63,535 bases of DNA. Origin: Phoronis australis (Eukaryota > Animalia > Phoronida). The stretch lies in the NCBI GenBank assembly GCA_002633005.1, contig NMRA01000367.1:43818-107352 (forward strand), written 5' to 3'. Below the pieces are notes generated by a model that saw only the letters and a program-made list of their open reading frames with translations, searched no databases and was not told the origin of the DNA. A program made the position numbers and the translations under genes. Below, one piece after another: positions 50,211 to 63,535 of this stretch. The first letter of the stretch is position 1; each line of letters opens with the position of its first letter.

Positions 50211-50383
50211 GGGAGTTATGTTTCAATCCTCGGTGGTCCTGTTTTGTGGTGGGACAGTGATGTTTTTAGGTGTGTCAGTCCCATTTTTCTGGTGCGGTGG
50301 TCCTATTTGATTCCCGGCGGTGCTGTTTTGGGTGAGTGAGTCCGATTTAACAGGACCGGCGGCCATGTTGTTACTCACCCGTG
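50211..50383 (-). repeat. Right TIR of element B
   Basis: Ends ...ttactcacccgtg at 50383. Confidence 0.85.
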
Positions 50384-51899
50384 ACGTGGATTCTTACAGC
50401 TTGCCTTCCGAGTTGATGAAATATCGTGTAAAAAGCTTAGAAAAAACAACTTAACTGTTGGTGAAATCAACCTCCTTGTTGAAGACCGTCACAATGTATC
50501 AAAAAGGTCGGTCAAATATCTAGTCGGCATGTTTAGAAAAGGTGCAAGTACATGTATCAAGGAAAACTTTACAAACAACGTGCGAAAAAACTCAAAGGGC
50601 ATGCACGTGCGTTCATCGACCAACATATGAAAGAAAACGATAAAACAACTGCCACAGAAGTACAAGGGTAATAAGAGAGTTTCATCTCTTAGAGTAGACA
50701 CGAAATGCTAGGTACTGTGTTCTTACTCCAAATGGCTCGGAAAGCTCAAGTCTTAGTGATAAGCTGCGCCGATGTGGGAAAATCTGTACAGATAAAATCT
50801 TCCTTGAGTAATTTTAAGTAATTTAATTAATTACGCGCGTTGCAAAAATTGGTTGTATACCGTTATCCTGCTGCTAAAATTGTGGTATGCTATTTTGTGT
50901 CGGCTTTCGGCGCAATGAAATACTGTGTCACCTATTAGCCAGTTTCTTTTCCCACATTCTTTAATTAAACGTTCACCCCCGAAGTTGCGTAAACGACACA
51001 AAAATGATCAGAATTGGTTTCACTTTAAGTATTTGGAATTTTGATATCGGTAAATCGAATTTTAGAACAAATTTTGCTGTGATTCGGTCATCATCTCAGA
51101 AGAGATGTCGAAAAAAATGGAAGAGGCGCGTGACACGAATGTAGTCCTTTCAAAATTACGACATAATTTTATGTTACAAAAGGCGGAGAATAACGCAAGA
51201 AAATGACGTTGGGTATTTTTCGCTTAAACGGCTGTAACGGGCAAGGCGAGTGCATATTGACTTCCAGATTTTGCATGCACGCCCGCTGGTATTTAACTCA
51301 TGTTGATACAAGTTGCACGAGCAGGTGATGAGCGTAAATATACGGGCTGTGTGCAAATTGGAGGTCTGTCGCAGATCATTACACAGTGGCACCTTGCTGT
51401 ATTTTGATGATTGTTTCCATACAGCTACCAGCTTAGATAGGAAAGTGACGTCAAATTCAAAATGATGATGGATCATTGTTGATATTATATTTCCGTTTAC
51501 ATTCTTCCGTTTTCATGCGCCCGTGATTAATATCTGCGCTATGTTCAAACCATTGTATACGTTGTTCCATGGCTGTACCACCATATTAAGAAATTCTAAA
51601 AAATAAACAACAATTTTCTGTGGGAAAGCGCAATATGCAGCGTGATGAAGTGATGATCAAGAGCAATAACGGATGAGCGCAAATGCGTGCTAATTGTTAA
51701 GAATTCACGGACATGAAATCACTTGAGGGCGTAAAACATCCAGCGTTGTATTCTGATTTTTAAGCAATTTTACTGTAACTCTTCAAATTTCCTGGTTGTT
51801 GCATAATGTATAAAAAGTCTTTTATCAAGAATTGGAAATTATGTTTTTGCACTATCATTGAACGTTTGATTTTACCAGCAAATCAACATAAAGTTTACC

Positions 51900-52185
51900 T
51901 TGGTGGAATGTCACGCAATTCGTACTTGGATTCAATTTTACTACCTTTCAATAGTTGAACAAAAGTTGATTAACCGAGGTCAAGACCTGAGTGGCCACTG
52001 GTGAACGAACAGCGGACAGATAATTGTTTGTTTGGCCAAAGTTCACTCGCTCAGTCATAAAATTGTAATTGCCGAACAAGGACACGCGTGATCCGAGTTG
52101 GTCGTCTATGCTAGGCGACCACGTTGCCGAGCAAAGTGCTCACCGAAGGGAAGATACTGTAGACGGCTCCTAGCAGACCGTAGAA
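51900..52185 (-). repeat. Inverted partial copy of the left part (~25610-25900) of the TA-flanked element
   Basis: caagacctgagt.gcca.tggtgaacgaacagcg..., caaggacacgc, ctaggcgaccac and gtagacggctcctagc are reverse complements of motifs at 25610-25810. Confidence 0.8.
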
Positions 52186-52298
52186 GAAATGACATCTTAG
52201 TGGCGCTTTCTTCCTGGCTTTGGGATCTTTACTGAGTTTCTGTCGCCGAGCAAAGCTCTGTTTTCCAGTTCGTTTTGATGAAGGCTGCTGGTTAGTAT

Positions 52299-52575
52299 CA
52301 GTGGCGGATTTAGTATACCATAAGGGGGGCACAGCATGTTGGATCGGCAATTGACAGAGCGCGGTTGCATGTGCATAGGAGCTCGAAAGCACTAAACAAG
52401 TGAACACGATTCCGCCACGTCCTGAGGTCTGAGCCACCCCTCATCGTCTACCGGTCCTACATACTGAACACAATGTTTCCTCACGCTTCTGGCTGTTTCT
52501 ATTTCATTTTGCTTGCGGCAGCCAAGGGGGGGGGGTGGGTGGCGGCGGACCCCTACCCCCCTAAATCCGCCTATG
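52299..52575. mobile_element. MITE with CAGTGGCGGAT-type ends (similar copies near 17478, 19816-19935, 32197-32482)
   Basis: cagtggcggatttag ... ctaaatccgcctatg; no clear TSD. Confidence 0.55.
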
Positions 52576-53020
52576 GGTATTTGTGACTAAGTTGGCAAAT
52601 GACCCGAGCGATGCAATGTATTTAATGCATTTAGTAGTTGAGAAAAGACACATTTTTCGTCAAGGAGATCGCAACAATTAATCAATCTTTCGGGGTGAAA
52701 AGGAAACACTGTTCGACACGACAATAATGAATTATAGGGAACAGGTGATGTTCCCCTCAAAGCGAAATTTTGACCTACACAACCTATGCCAACCTCCGAG
52801 CGTTGTTACCCACTCAAGTACAAACACTGATCACCAGGGGAGTAAAATGCACATGTACTCTGCAAAGTGACTATATTTGTGGGACTTTCCTGGGATGTCG
52901 GTTTTTTAAATGTAGCCGAAATGTTGATGGACACAAAGCAGGTTACTTCCCTGGAATTTAACATAACGCGAGCCGTACGTCAATAGCAAATCTGCCATCA
53001 CAATACACCCTTGTACTTAC

Positions 53021-53359
53021 ATAAAACTTCTAGCTTTAAATTGACTTCAACTTTGTGCCACCGAGCGAATGTATTAAGCGCTTGGAATTTCAACGTCAAG
53101 CCCTGATGCCGTGCCTCTGGAGAGTATGTTAATTCTTTCCATATAATAAACGACGGGTGTAACTGACTTCGCTGCCTTTTTGTTACAGAAATGTTTCCAC
53201 CAGGTGCGTCAACGTAAATCGAAGCGTTTGGGTATACGTAGTTTGTGTAAACGATCAATTCGTGAACTCTTCCGCAAACAACAATGTATTTGCCAGAGTA
53301 CAAGCCATGCCATTTTAACTTGCCGACTGTTGATTGGACAGATAACGTCGTTGGGCCAT
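53021..53359 (-). CDS. Host gene exon: Ig-like domain lacking the canonical cysteines
   Basis: 339-nt open phase 1-1 exon: GPTTLSV...ELIVYTNYVYPNASI...ELTYSPEARHQGLTLKFQALN...LKLEVL|Y; splices in frame to 35312. Confidence 0.75.
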
Positions 53360-55194
53360 CTGTAGTTGAATCAGATGCTAATATGTATTACAAGTACATG
53401 TACATCACTTTATTAAATCTGATAAAAATATGTGTGCAACTATTTGGGAGCTACTCGATTGTCTAAATGAGCCCTAGTCCTCAGGTTCCCTGGCTTGAGC
53501 GTCTACTGATCAGGCGAACTAAGCCTTGAGACACAATTCTGACGACATTCTACGATACTCACAATTACGTCAAAAATGACTGCACTTTGATTTTTACGCT
53601 TGGCTTGCCTGTCGAACGGAAAATATATTTGGAAATCGTCACTGGCAACCAATCAAATCTCCGCCGAAGTATAGAAATCAAGTGCAGGCAAGGACAACGA
53701 AGAAATGACAAGGCATAGTATGTTTAAATGGAATTACCAAAGTGATCAATTGCAATGATAATTTTCGTTTTAAACTTAAAATTAGTGAGATTCTGCTTAA
53801 GTTCACGTGCTTCACCAATGGTGTTCCAATTTTTGCAACTTCATCGAGACATCAATCGTGATCAACAATGATTCAAATCTTTCTTTCACGGGTAAAGCTT
53901 CTGGTATGGGTTTTATCACAATGTACGCCCTCGCTCATGCGCAAACGTAGCAGTATTTACAAAAAAAACGTGAGTGGGTTTTTCAGCCCATACAGAGACG
54001 TGTGAAGTGGAAGAATCGCGTTGGGGCGAAGGGTCGTCGGAACCATGTTGTGTTGGAATAAAGACATCACATAGCCCCTCGGCTGGCCAGTTAAGGCATA
54101 CAATACTTCCAATCACATTCTGTACGAATTTTTCCCTTGCATTTTAAACGGGCGGTAGGCAAAATCCTCTCTCCGTTTGAGAGTTTTCACGTCGTCAAAA
54201 ATACACTCTACACTTAACACTGTGGCTTAAAAAGCGCTTAATTTCTTCGGTGGTCCTCTCTACTTGTACACATGTCTTCGATGAAGTATACATGTAGCTA
54301 CGAGATGTAAAGACATGCTAAAATGAGCCAACTGCCTTTTAGATATGTTAAATATATGCACTTTTGTGCAACATGTCTTTGTTTCGTATTATTCCACACA
54401 ACCACTAACTATTTATCCACATTTTACGCTCCCCATATTATGTGCCCTCGCCGGAAAGCACTGTTATTGTCTGAACGAGTCACAGCAGACTGGTCTATTG
54501 ACATCATCGTTGTGAGCAACACATTACCGCACCAACCACAACCTGAGCAGCTGATCGGCTGCCGGGATAGCAAAAAATTAAGAAGTTTGCTCAAGAAACG
54601 TCACCAATTAAAAACATCGCCTACGTTAGGCATCAGTATCCATTGATAATGCCATTACAAAGCAGAACAATCATGTCAGGTAAAGCACTCTTCGAAACGA
54701 GCAACGGCGTTGATCTCGGATAGGGCGCTATCGATTCCCTCACGACCCGAAGGCGAAACAATTTTCGAAGTATTTGAACCCATGTAAAATGCAACACAAC
54801 AGCTACCTTTCATACTAAACCTGACAACGGCAAACTTACCGAACATGTGGTGAAAAAAATATTTATTTTTCACGTAAGGTATTTGGATTCTCCACTGAAA
54901 ATATCCCCGAAAATAAATCATCGCCGCACTGGTCGGTATCATTTTATACGATCGTGACTCAGAGATGTCGTCAATTAACTGAGTGTGTGAATGTACGGCT
55001 CGTTTTTATCGTAAAAAACATGCGTGAAGATGACAACCCTTGCCTTAGTAGCAAAACGACGGTCACAACTTGTCAAGCGTCAGAGTAATCATACGTCGGC
55101 AACAAATGGGGCTATTCGGAAAATCTACAATAACTAGAGGGCGCGCGAAAACTAGTGGTGATAGATTAACAGCCTCGATTTCGTGAGCCCTTTA

Positions 55195-58100
55195 AATACA
55201 TGGTGAAATGGCTTGCAGCCGTGCCAACTGAATCTGAGATTGCGTGAAAAGGGTGCTTCTCTGAGAGGAAGTAAGCACGAACTTATACAAAGGTAAGGTT
55301 TGTGATTATTTTAACGATTATTCCATGATTATTCAACCGATGCCTGTTAACAGAGGTACTCGCCGATATCGACTTCGCGGCAGTCGCCAGTCGGGTTAAT
55401 CTTTATTTTTTGTGATGTGTGATACGATACTTGACGTAGCAATCGGGATCTTTTCGTACATCAACCCATTATTATTGCTTGGAATGATTGTTAAAAGTTT
55501 ATCAGTGATAGTTACATCAATCAATGCTGAATGTAAATGCTGTCAACTCGATACAGGTTAATGAGTTAAGATTACAATCCAAGCCCAATGGCAAAGGGTA
55601 CATGACAAATATCCACTGCATTAGACTATTTGTTTACTCCCTATCACATGTCTTCTGGAAACGTATTACACGTTGAAATGGAAATCTACCACGTCTGTTT
55701 TCACGTAACCTTTGTTTTTTAGGTTTGAGGACTTGTACCCTGCAGAGTAGATATGCATCGCTTGTGCACCGTCCATGGATGGAAAAAAATGGTTTTAGCA
55801 TTTGACTGCAGCTAAACAACAAGGTTCTCCCATCCAGTAAAGATCTGTTGCCAAAGCCTAATTTCATTATTGGAGACAACAAACAAAGCCTTTGAAAAGG
55901 AACAGCTATTTTTAAAGAAAGGTATGCAAGTCATTTTGTTAATTTACTTATTCAGGTCCTTAGCGGGGGATTGGCATGAGGGGAATGTGTGGAAATAACA
56001 GGTAACACATGTTTGGGGGAAAGAGCATGGTAAGGTATTTCTTAACCTTCATGAAGTCCCTTCAAGTTGATTTCATGAAACTGTTTTGCTACTTGTATCA
56101 ATTGTAAATCCATGAAAATATATTACATTTTCTGAATTCACAGTGACTGAATAATCTTATCTCATGCCTTGAAATGTTGCAAGTAGTTATAAATTCTAAT
56201 GACTGCCATTTTTGTGAAAATTGCATTTTTGATGGTGCATTACGATTTGTAATCACTCTTAAACAACAGAAAGTCTATCCATCATTTTTAAATGACCCAA
56301 GTCTTCATATCTTCCATTAGAAGAAAAAAATTAAAGTCTGAGAAACGGTTCCCTCAAGCTTAGACTAGAAGTATGCTTGAGAGACCCATGAATCTGTAAT
56401 CGAAGTTAAAAATTGCTGAAAGTATCAAAATTACAAAGGCCATGAAAATGGTGGTTTGTCAGTTCCTGATATAAATATTATGTACAAGTCATTATTAGTT
56501 AAATGGGTTACGCGTTGCTTAGATGGAAACAATGAAATTTTCAAAGTGTTTCCGGGGTATGTTTTTAAAATATATGGAGGTGTTTGGTTCTTTAAATAAA
56601 ATTATGATTGTAAATTGCTGTCTCTTGAAACTATTGATACCTTCTATCTTGACATCTTGATTGCTTGGAAGAAATTAGTGTTCATTTACATAAGGACATA
56701 ACAATTGTAAACCAAGTAGTGTGGAATAACAAAAAACATATTGATTAATAGGAAGACTGTATTCTTTAATAGTTTCTTTCAGGCTGGTATTACTTTTGTG
56801 AAGGATCTTTTGAACTTTGAAAATAAATTTCTGACATGGGAGGTTTTGAAAAATAGATAAAAGCTTTCGAATTGGATTCATTATGCTGCTTTGAGCGTGC
56901 GATTAAGTTGAAAGCTGATCCTTCAATTTCAAAATGCATACATAACCAGTCAAGCCAAATTACTAATGTGTTTTCTAGAAATATTTTGCTTTCCAAAATT
57001 GTTTTGTCTCCTGATATAGAGTACAGATTAACTGACATTTACTCTAGACAACGAATTAAACAAATTTATGTTCTTCCACACAAACTCTTGTTACCTCCTT
57101 ATGTTAAAACCTTTAAGTACTTCTATATTCATAGAAAAGTGTTTACAAAACTTATTTTGAAAAAGATGAACTTAGTCAGTGATGACAAAGGTGCATCTTG
57201 TGGAAGTGTTGAGACTTTTAACCATATGTTTGTGGAATGTGGTTCTGTGAAAACTTTGTAGTGTGAAATTCAGAAACGTTTAATTTTACGTAACTGCACA
57301 ACACGATTTAGTCTTGGATAGAAATGTTATTTTGACAGCATAACTTGGATGTAATTTTGAAGATACATGTATCAATACCATATTAACTATTTGCCCGTAT
57401 TTCATCCATAAATGTTCTCGAAGCCACATTATTCCTAAATATTCGCAATTTTAATGTTTATTGTATAATTATTGTAAAGTAAGGAATATACAACCCCGCA
57501 AAACTGCCTTTTAGGAAACCATCAATGCCTATTTATTTTAGACCAACCGTGAATTTCTGTAATTTAGATATGTGTGTGTGCGTGTGTGTGTGTGTGTGCC
57601 TGTGTTTCATTTACAAAGATCTTATTGTTTGTAAATATTAGTGTATTGAGAAATAAAAATATTTGACTGAAAAATGAAAATAAAAAAATAAAAAACAAAA
57701 GCTTGAAAATGGGTAACAAAGGTTTGAAGTTGTTTCAAAAAAACTTGTATATTTTGCAGGCAAGTGATCCGTTTAAAGAATTGTTATGGCTAGGAATAAA
57801 AAATAGACATAGTTTTATGCAATACTTATTATATACACCCTTGGTTTCTGAAAATAGTAATTATTTAATCTTATGTGAAACTGTAGAGCAGTCACCATAT
57901 ATTTTTGAAAAACAGGGATAACATTTTGACCCAATACGGAGTACTTAATTATTCATATTTCAATATTTGTTCCAGGTTCAGTGATATTTTAAGGCCACTT
58001 CAAGCTGTATCATAGGCACGCTCTGTTACTCCGTTCTCTTCCCACAGCAGTTCCACACACCAGCAGTGCGGCATGGCACAATGTACAAGTCAGTGGCCCT

Positions 58101-58480
58101 GGAGAAATGTAAATCGCAGTACTAAGTTACCTTAAGACAATGTGCCAGTTGACTGTCTGTGTATTGAGACGAGCTATACCTGACTGCTACACAAGTAAGT
58201 CTTGTTGGTGAGGATGCCCTTTCATAGGCAATGAGTCATGTGTGGACAATAGTTTATTTCCTTTCCTGGAAGAAACATGAGGTACTGAAACTAAAGAAGA
58301 CCTATTGACACTCTGGTCAAGTTCAGGGTCTGATTTTGAGCTCAAAACGATTCAAGTGATATGCTGCTGTGTTTACCTTCAAGGGCCTAATTGTGGGTGT
58401 TATTAAGGCTGAATGGGGTTACATGAAAGAATGCCACTGGACATATTTTACAAGCGCTTCTATAAGCCATTGAAACTAGA
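55195..58480 (+). pseudogene. Highly decayed SAP + YqaJ exonuclease gene (ISL2EU/Kolobok-type accessory gene)
   Basis: LREKGASLRGSKHELIQR|gt near 55240-55292; TPAVRHGTMYKSVALEK, YLTAT..LVGEDAL and QVQG...VFTFKG at ~58048-58470. Confidence 0.55.
56400..57700 (+). mobile_element. 5'-truncated L1/Tx1-like non-LTR retrotransposon
   Basis: KGHENGGLSVPDINIMYKSLLVKW, zf-RVT-like SCGSVETFNHMFVEC, then (TG)n and an A-rich tail. Confidence 0.8.
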
Positions 58481-61400
58481 TCCCAGTGAAATGAAAGCCA
58501 AAAGCTGAGTGACATTAACTTTTCCTTTCAGAAGAAAGGCTTTATACTATCGGTAAAAACTTTTCAATTTGGTACACATTATTGAGAAATGACATTCAGT
58601 GACTGCATTGGTTGTCTTATTGCATGTTTTCAATTGTAGCTAGTTGGATAAGAATCTGCTATGCACAAGATTCTAGAATAAACAATTATCAGTGTATTTA
58701 AAAACAAATGGTAAACTGAAAAACACAGGAAGAAACAACATTGTGACGGAGTCCATAATCAGGCATATCAAGTGCTGAATTTCTGAATAAGTATTATGTT
58801 CAATTCTCTCGGGTTATTGCTGAAGGATTGCTTTTTACTTTGTCCAAAGGTAAAATAGATAATTGGGCGGTTGGTTTCAGTTGTTTTCTCTCACCTGTAA
58901 CAGAATAGTCGGAGAAATATTAGCGAATTGTAAAAGACAAAACAAAACTACTTTTGTAAGGCAGAACGTACTTGACGTTTCCTCTTCATGTTTATGTGTG
59001 GAAACAAAAAACTTTTGTACCCAAGTCTTATGTAATATCTGAAATAAAATCTGTGACCCATGCTAAAAGTGTTTTGACAATTTGTAGTTTCATGACACTT
59101 AAAATGTGCTTCTGATCTCAACAAGTAAAATTCATTCTAGGAGTCATTTTTTTCCTATTCAATGTTACGACATTTACTGAATAAGGCTTATTCATGTTAG
59201 TTCGATAACTGATCTGGTAGTCCTGGGGGTGGGGTCTGCGATAAAATAAGGAAAGTCACTCATCTAGAGAATTTTTATGGAAACATAATAGTTTTGAAGA
59301 GAAACTGACACTAAATTTTGGTACTTCCTGTCTTCTAGAGGACTTTTGTCTCGTTTTGTACTTTTTTTGGAGTTCGTGCTTCTCTGACTGAGGCAGACTT
59401 TTTTTCCATTTCTCTAAATAGGGGACTCGTTCGAGCATATAAACATGACAGGTCTAATAAACAATGTTATCATTTTTATTCATTAAGCCAAAATGATTAA
59501 ACGTTTTAACATAATAAGTAACTTAAAATGCACAATACTTCACAACATTCAGCATTACAAACACTGTCCAACAGCACACGTTTCCATGATATGAAAGTGG
59601 ACATAAATGTAACTATTACCAGTGTTTCCTTACACCAGAATTTGTCAAGTATAGTTTAAAAAATATGAAGTTGCAAGGAACAAAAATTGGAGGCTTGAAG
59701 CTTCACAATCCAACATAGCTTATTTCTTTAATTAAGATTCCTCATATTGTTCACTTGATAACCTAAATTAAGAAAGCAGCAATAAGTTGCAAAACATTAC
59801 TTGAAAGCAAATTAGACTTAAAATTTAGAAAAATATGAATCATTTTGTGACACCTAATCATGTCTTGAACAGCAGTTGATAGTCAAACAAAAAAAAAAAC
59901 ATTTCAAAATTACTTTAACTATTTTTAGCTTGCTGTAAGATCACCTGAATGGGAAATTCACAGTAAAATAATTTGAAAATATCTCATATTTTTGCACAAA
60001 AACACGACAACTGAACAAAGTTCCTTTTTGTAGCAACGTTTGTCAAAATGTACCAACGTTAGAGCTTCACAAATTACAAAGTAACAGGTTGAAAATGACT
60101 CAGTTCAGCTAAAGTCGTCATCTTGTCGTTGCCGCCAGAAATGAGACTAAGCCCAACGGGAATTGTGAGCACATTTATCCCTTGATAAGAAACAACTTCG
60201 ACGCTGAAATTTGGTGAAAAATGTTGAATCGTGCAGAATACTAAGTAAAGATACGTGTATGTCTCACTAAATGTCACCGTAAATTGTTGGCGGAAACAAT
60301 TTACTCAAAGTTATAAACTCGTAAGTTATCCCGCTGTCCTCCAATATGGCCGACGCGATCCAAACAAAGTGACTCTAATTTCGCCACAAAAATTGCTATA
60401 ACTTTACACTGCTTGCCCCTATTTTGATACTTATTCGATTTTTACTGAGTAGAATGCACTACCTTTCCGATGAGAGCAAAGTACTTTTTCAAAACGAGAA
60501 AAAAATCAAAACGAAAAAAATTGGTTTGACTCATATTGGTTCCTAGGTTCGACCGCCCTACGTAAGGAACTAAACAACAATGGTGCTTTAACATAATAAG
60601 TACGCGTAACACTCCAAAAAAATTCAACGACCACTAACTAAAAACTATAAATACACTACATATGAAAACGAATCACGAGATATTACTAAGAAAACAAAAT
60701 AATAAAGACTATTCGAGCAAGGATAGCACATTCAGTTACAAGGATAAAATGACGGCGTTCAGGACAAGTTCCTGAACTGATGAGCCGGAAATGTGGGTAC
60801 GGAAATAACCGATGACAGCCGGTAATTATACGCTTACAGAGAAGGGTCAAATACTGTTAAAAATCGCTTTTGGCAAGAAAGGCGAAAAGAATATAAAGAA
60901 AGGGTGTCGAAAATAAGATTTTTTTAGTAAGCATTTTGGATACTGGAATCACATGGGTAGTTTGAGACCAGGACTTTAATGAGAGCGGCGGCAGTTCTAA
61001 ATAAAATATTGCACCGGCCACATTCTTTGAAATCAACATCGCAAAAGGGTGTACTTACAAACCCAGCATGTGAACGTAGGGCAGTACGGCTTTGGGTACA
61101 CTTTGGAGGCACGCACTGGAAAAAGTGTGCAGTCAGCATGTCGATGTGTTGTGTTGTAACGGGTACGTCGTATTTCCCCGACTTCAAAGTATAAACTGTC
61201 TTGCGCAATTGGTCTTTCTCATTGAACGATAGTTTAAATATGACAACCTATACGTAGCGCTAACTTCGTTTGTCCTTTTTATTCAAATATATTTTGTTCC
61301 CACCTCAATCGTTTAGACTTTCCTGAAGGTCTCAGTAATCGGCGTCCAGCTAGTTGCGTACCCTACGGGCTAAGTTTCGTACGCCTTGTGTAAATTGCCT

Positions 61401-62069
61401 TTATCTTCAAATGAATAATAATAGTGATAAAAATGTCGAATTTTGTCGTGTCAAGGTTGCAACATAATCGTTGTGTTAGTTTTGTCAGTCGTTTTTTGTT
61501 TGGTATTTTGCCCGTACCACAATAGCATAGACATTCCTGACGGCCTCCCGTTTGTTTACATCTCAAACATTTCAAATGCAAACTGACCAGTTGACCTACT
61601 GTTGTGCTAGAATCTAATCCAATGCATAGTACATGTATTCTGGTGGCAAGTTAAAAACTGGTGTCTTGCGACCCAGTTTCAAGTTAAATTTTGAATGTGC
61701 AGATATCGCAATGCATGCTCATAAAACTACATATTTCTTCATAGAAGCATAGTGAAACCAAAATAGAAATCTGGTGGAAATAAATACATGTATTTAGAAT
61801 TTCACGCGAAAAATTTTGCTACACAATTTCCCCAATTTTCGATCACAACAAATAATGTCAGATTAACTTGAATTCTACCGTAATAGTAATTTCGTTGATA
61901 GATTTTACATTTTACTCACCAACAACAAACATCGCCTCCGAGACGGTCGGTAGCCTATTCCGTTACAAGTGCCTGGTTTTCGCCCTCTCTTTACTCGGAT
62001 TCTTATGGTTCGAACATATGCTACGCTAACCCATACAAACGTGGTGGCTACATTTCCTTAATCTTCCAT

Positions 62070-62640
62070 TTTACCGTAAAGTCAGAACACTTGCGCTGTA
62101 ACGTCCGTCCATGGCATGGTATTATGCGTTCCTGACGCAAGTGCAAAAAGTCTCGGGTAATTCTTTTTTATCAGGCTGCGCGTGAGCCTTTCGCTTTGTA
62201 AGATGTGTAACGCCGACTTACTGAACGACATAATCCCGTAATTATCACGGAGCAACTATAAACAGATTAGTTCTCTGTTACACGCATTCCGTCAGGAGGT
62301 CGCCGTGGGTCCGACGAATCTCCATTCATTGCCAACACGCAGGACGGGTTCGTTAGACCCCGACGTCTTTGTGAATAAGCGTTTGATGTTAGACTGAGTA
62401 AGCGATCCCCACCGAGAACGCGCTACTGTCTTCGGGGACGCTAGACTATTGAGGCACAGTGACTTGTAAGATATTACTTTGGCGGATATACGTTTTCAGT
62501 AAGGGGTTGAGATTCCCGCAAAGGTCGAATCCGAGGCACGTGGCGCTGAGCGCGGGAGAAGACAATTTTTTGTGTTTTTTTGTAGCCAAATAGTGAAATT
62601 CCCATGCATCCTCATAAGTTTCTGGCACTTAACATGTCTC
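62070..62640 (-). pseudogene. Possible decayed V-set Ig exon
   Basis: Fragments TC*VPETYEDAWEF and VTEN*SVYSCSV in different frames; weak. Confidence 0.25.
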
Positions 62641-63535
62641 TTGAGATTTGTTTAAGATAATTTAAAACCCTTCTTGAATCGTCATATGAACATGGCTCAT
62701 AAGTTTCGTGAAACCATATTTGTGCGCATCTGGGTATGAGTCACGCCACCAGCAAAAATTTTTGTTGGAACATCTGCTTACACACACCTTTTTAGCATAC
62801 AAAAAGTCGTATATGAAAAAGTGTGGTGTGTGGGGGGGGGTTTAGACAACTACCAAATATTCAAGATCACAAGGAGCACCGACGGGGCGTAAACAACTGA
62901 ATATCAGATGATCGCGTAACATCAGCCTCAAGTTGTTTAAGAACGAAGACCTATACTGTTAGTCCGAAAAAAAAACATGTTTCTGTCTCTTTACGAGAAC
63001 AACTGCCGAACGATGGTGCTCTCAGCTCATAGTCTATTATTAAAAGAGACAATATACAATTAAGTATCACTTTATTAAGCTGGATAACGATGACAACAAT
63101 TGCAAAACGTCAAATGTATCAGGAAACAAATCATTTAAAACAGTTTCATGAAACCAAAATGCGAACACAACAGCACATTGAATTCAGTCCAGCTGCCTGG
63201 GCTGCTTGGTCACGTACGTAATCCTTTAATGACACCTCATTATGCCATAAAACTACGTGCCTGTCGACTATTGGCAAAAAAATAAAGTTTATTTTAAAAA
63301 TCTGCCTGCCTAACCGAATTCCTCGCGAAAATCTAAGCATTTTAGAACTTTGAATTTTCTTTCCAAGCCAGAAAATAAAGTTTTAATTAATATAAAAATT
63401 TACCACCTTGTGTACGAGCAGAGCACAAGAATTTACAAAGGGTATATTGTGATTCGCCGCCATGAGGCAGCTTATAATTTCCTACCAAAAGGCCAAAATG
63501 TACCACAATCAATTTGTTTTAATGAAACACAAGTT

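Larger units (their letters stand above)
38161..50383 (+). mobile_element. Element B: ~12.2 kb CACGG-terminated transposon, a diverged relative of element A, in a host-gene intron
   Basis: TIRs 38161-38314 and 50211-50383 (cacgggtgag.aacaacatg...); homologous transposase-YqaJ gene (+) and C2H2-ZF gene (-); no TSD visible. Confidence 0.9.

Noticed and set aside
23374-53359. Naming the host gene UNC5 or hemicentin
   Set aside because: Only one TSP1 exon and no ZU5, death or EGF domains; orthology cannot be established
59256-60420. THAP/transposase partner and TIR for the SAP-YqaJ relic
   Set aside because: Too decayed; no convincing inverted termini found

Overview
AT-rich eukaryotic genomic DNA with spliceosomal introns, most likely from a marine invertebrate, with several N gaps. 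The backbone is a minus-strand host gene for a type I membrane protein (Ig-like, Ig-like, TSP1, TM plus cytoplasmic tail; four intact phase-1 exons between 53359 and 23374), followed by a decayed tandem paralog (~22.8-16.6 kb). Most remaining sequence is nested transposons: a Gypsy LTR relic, several TTAA-flanked THAP/Kolobok-like elements, a Sola-like element, and pogo, Penelope and L1/Tx1 fragments. The main observation is two strongly diverged copies of one ~12 kb DNA transposon architecture (4321-16109 and 38161-50383). Each has long 5'-CACGG TIRs with periodic internal motifs and two convergent spliced genes. The first gene is a P-element-like DDE transposase with no THAP domain, an unusual His/Cys N-terminal exon, and a YqaJ/lambda-exonuclease domain inserted between the first and second putative catalytic Asp. 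The second is a multi-C2H2 zinc-finger gene conserved between the two families. Both copies carry frameshifts or stops. Family assignments come from motif recognition by eye, and novelty has not been checked against Repbase or Dfam.
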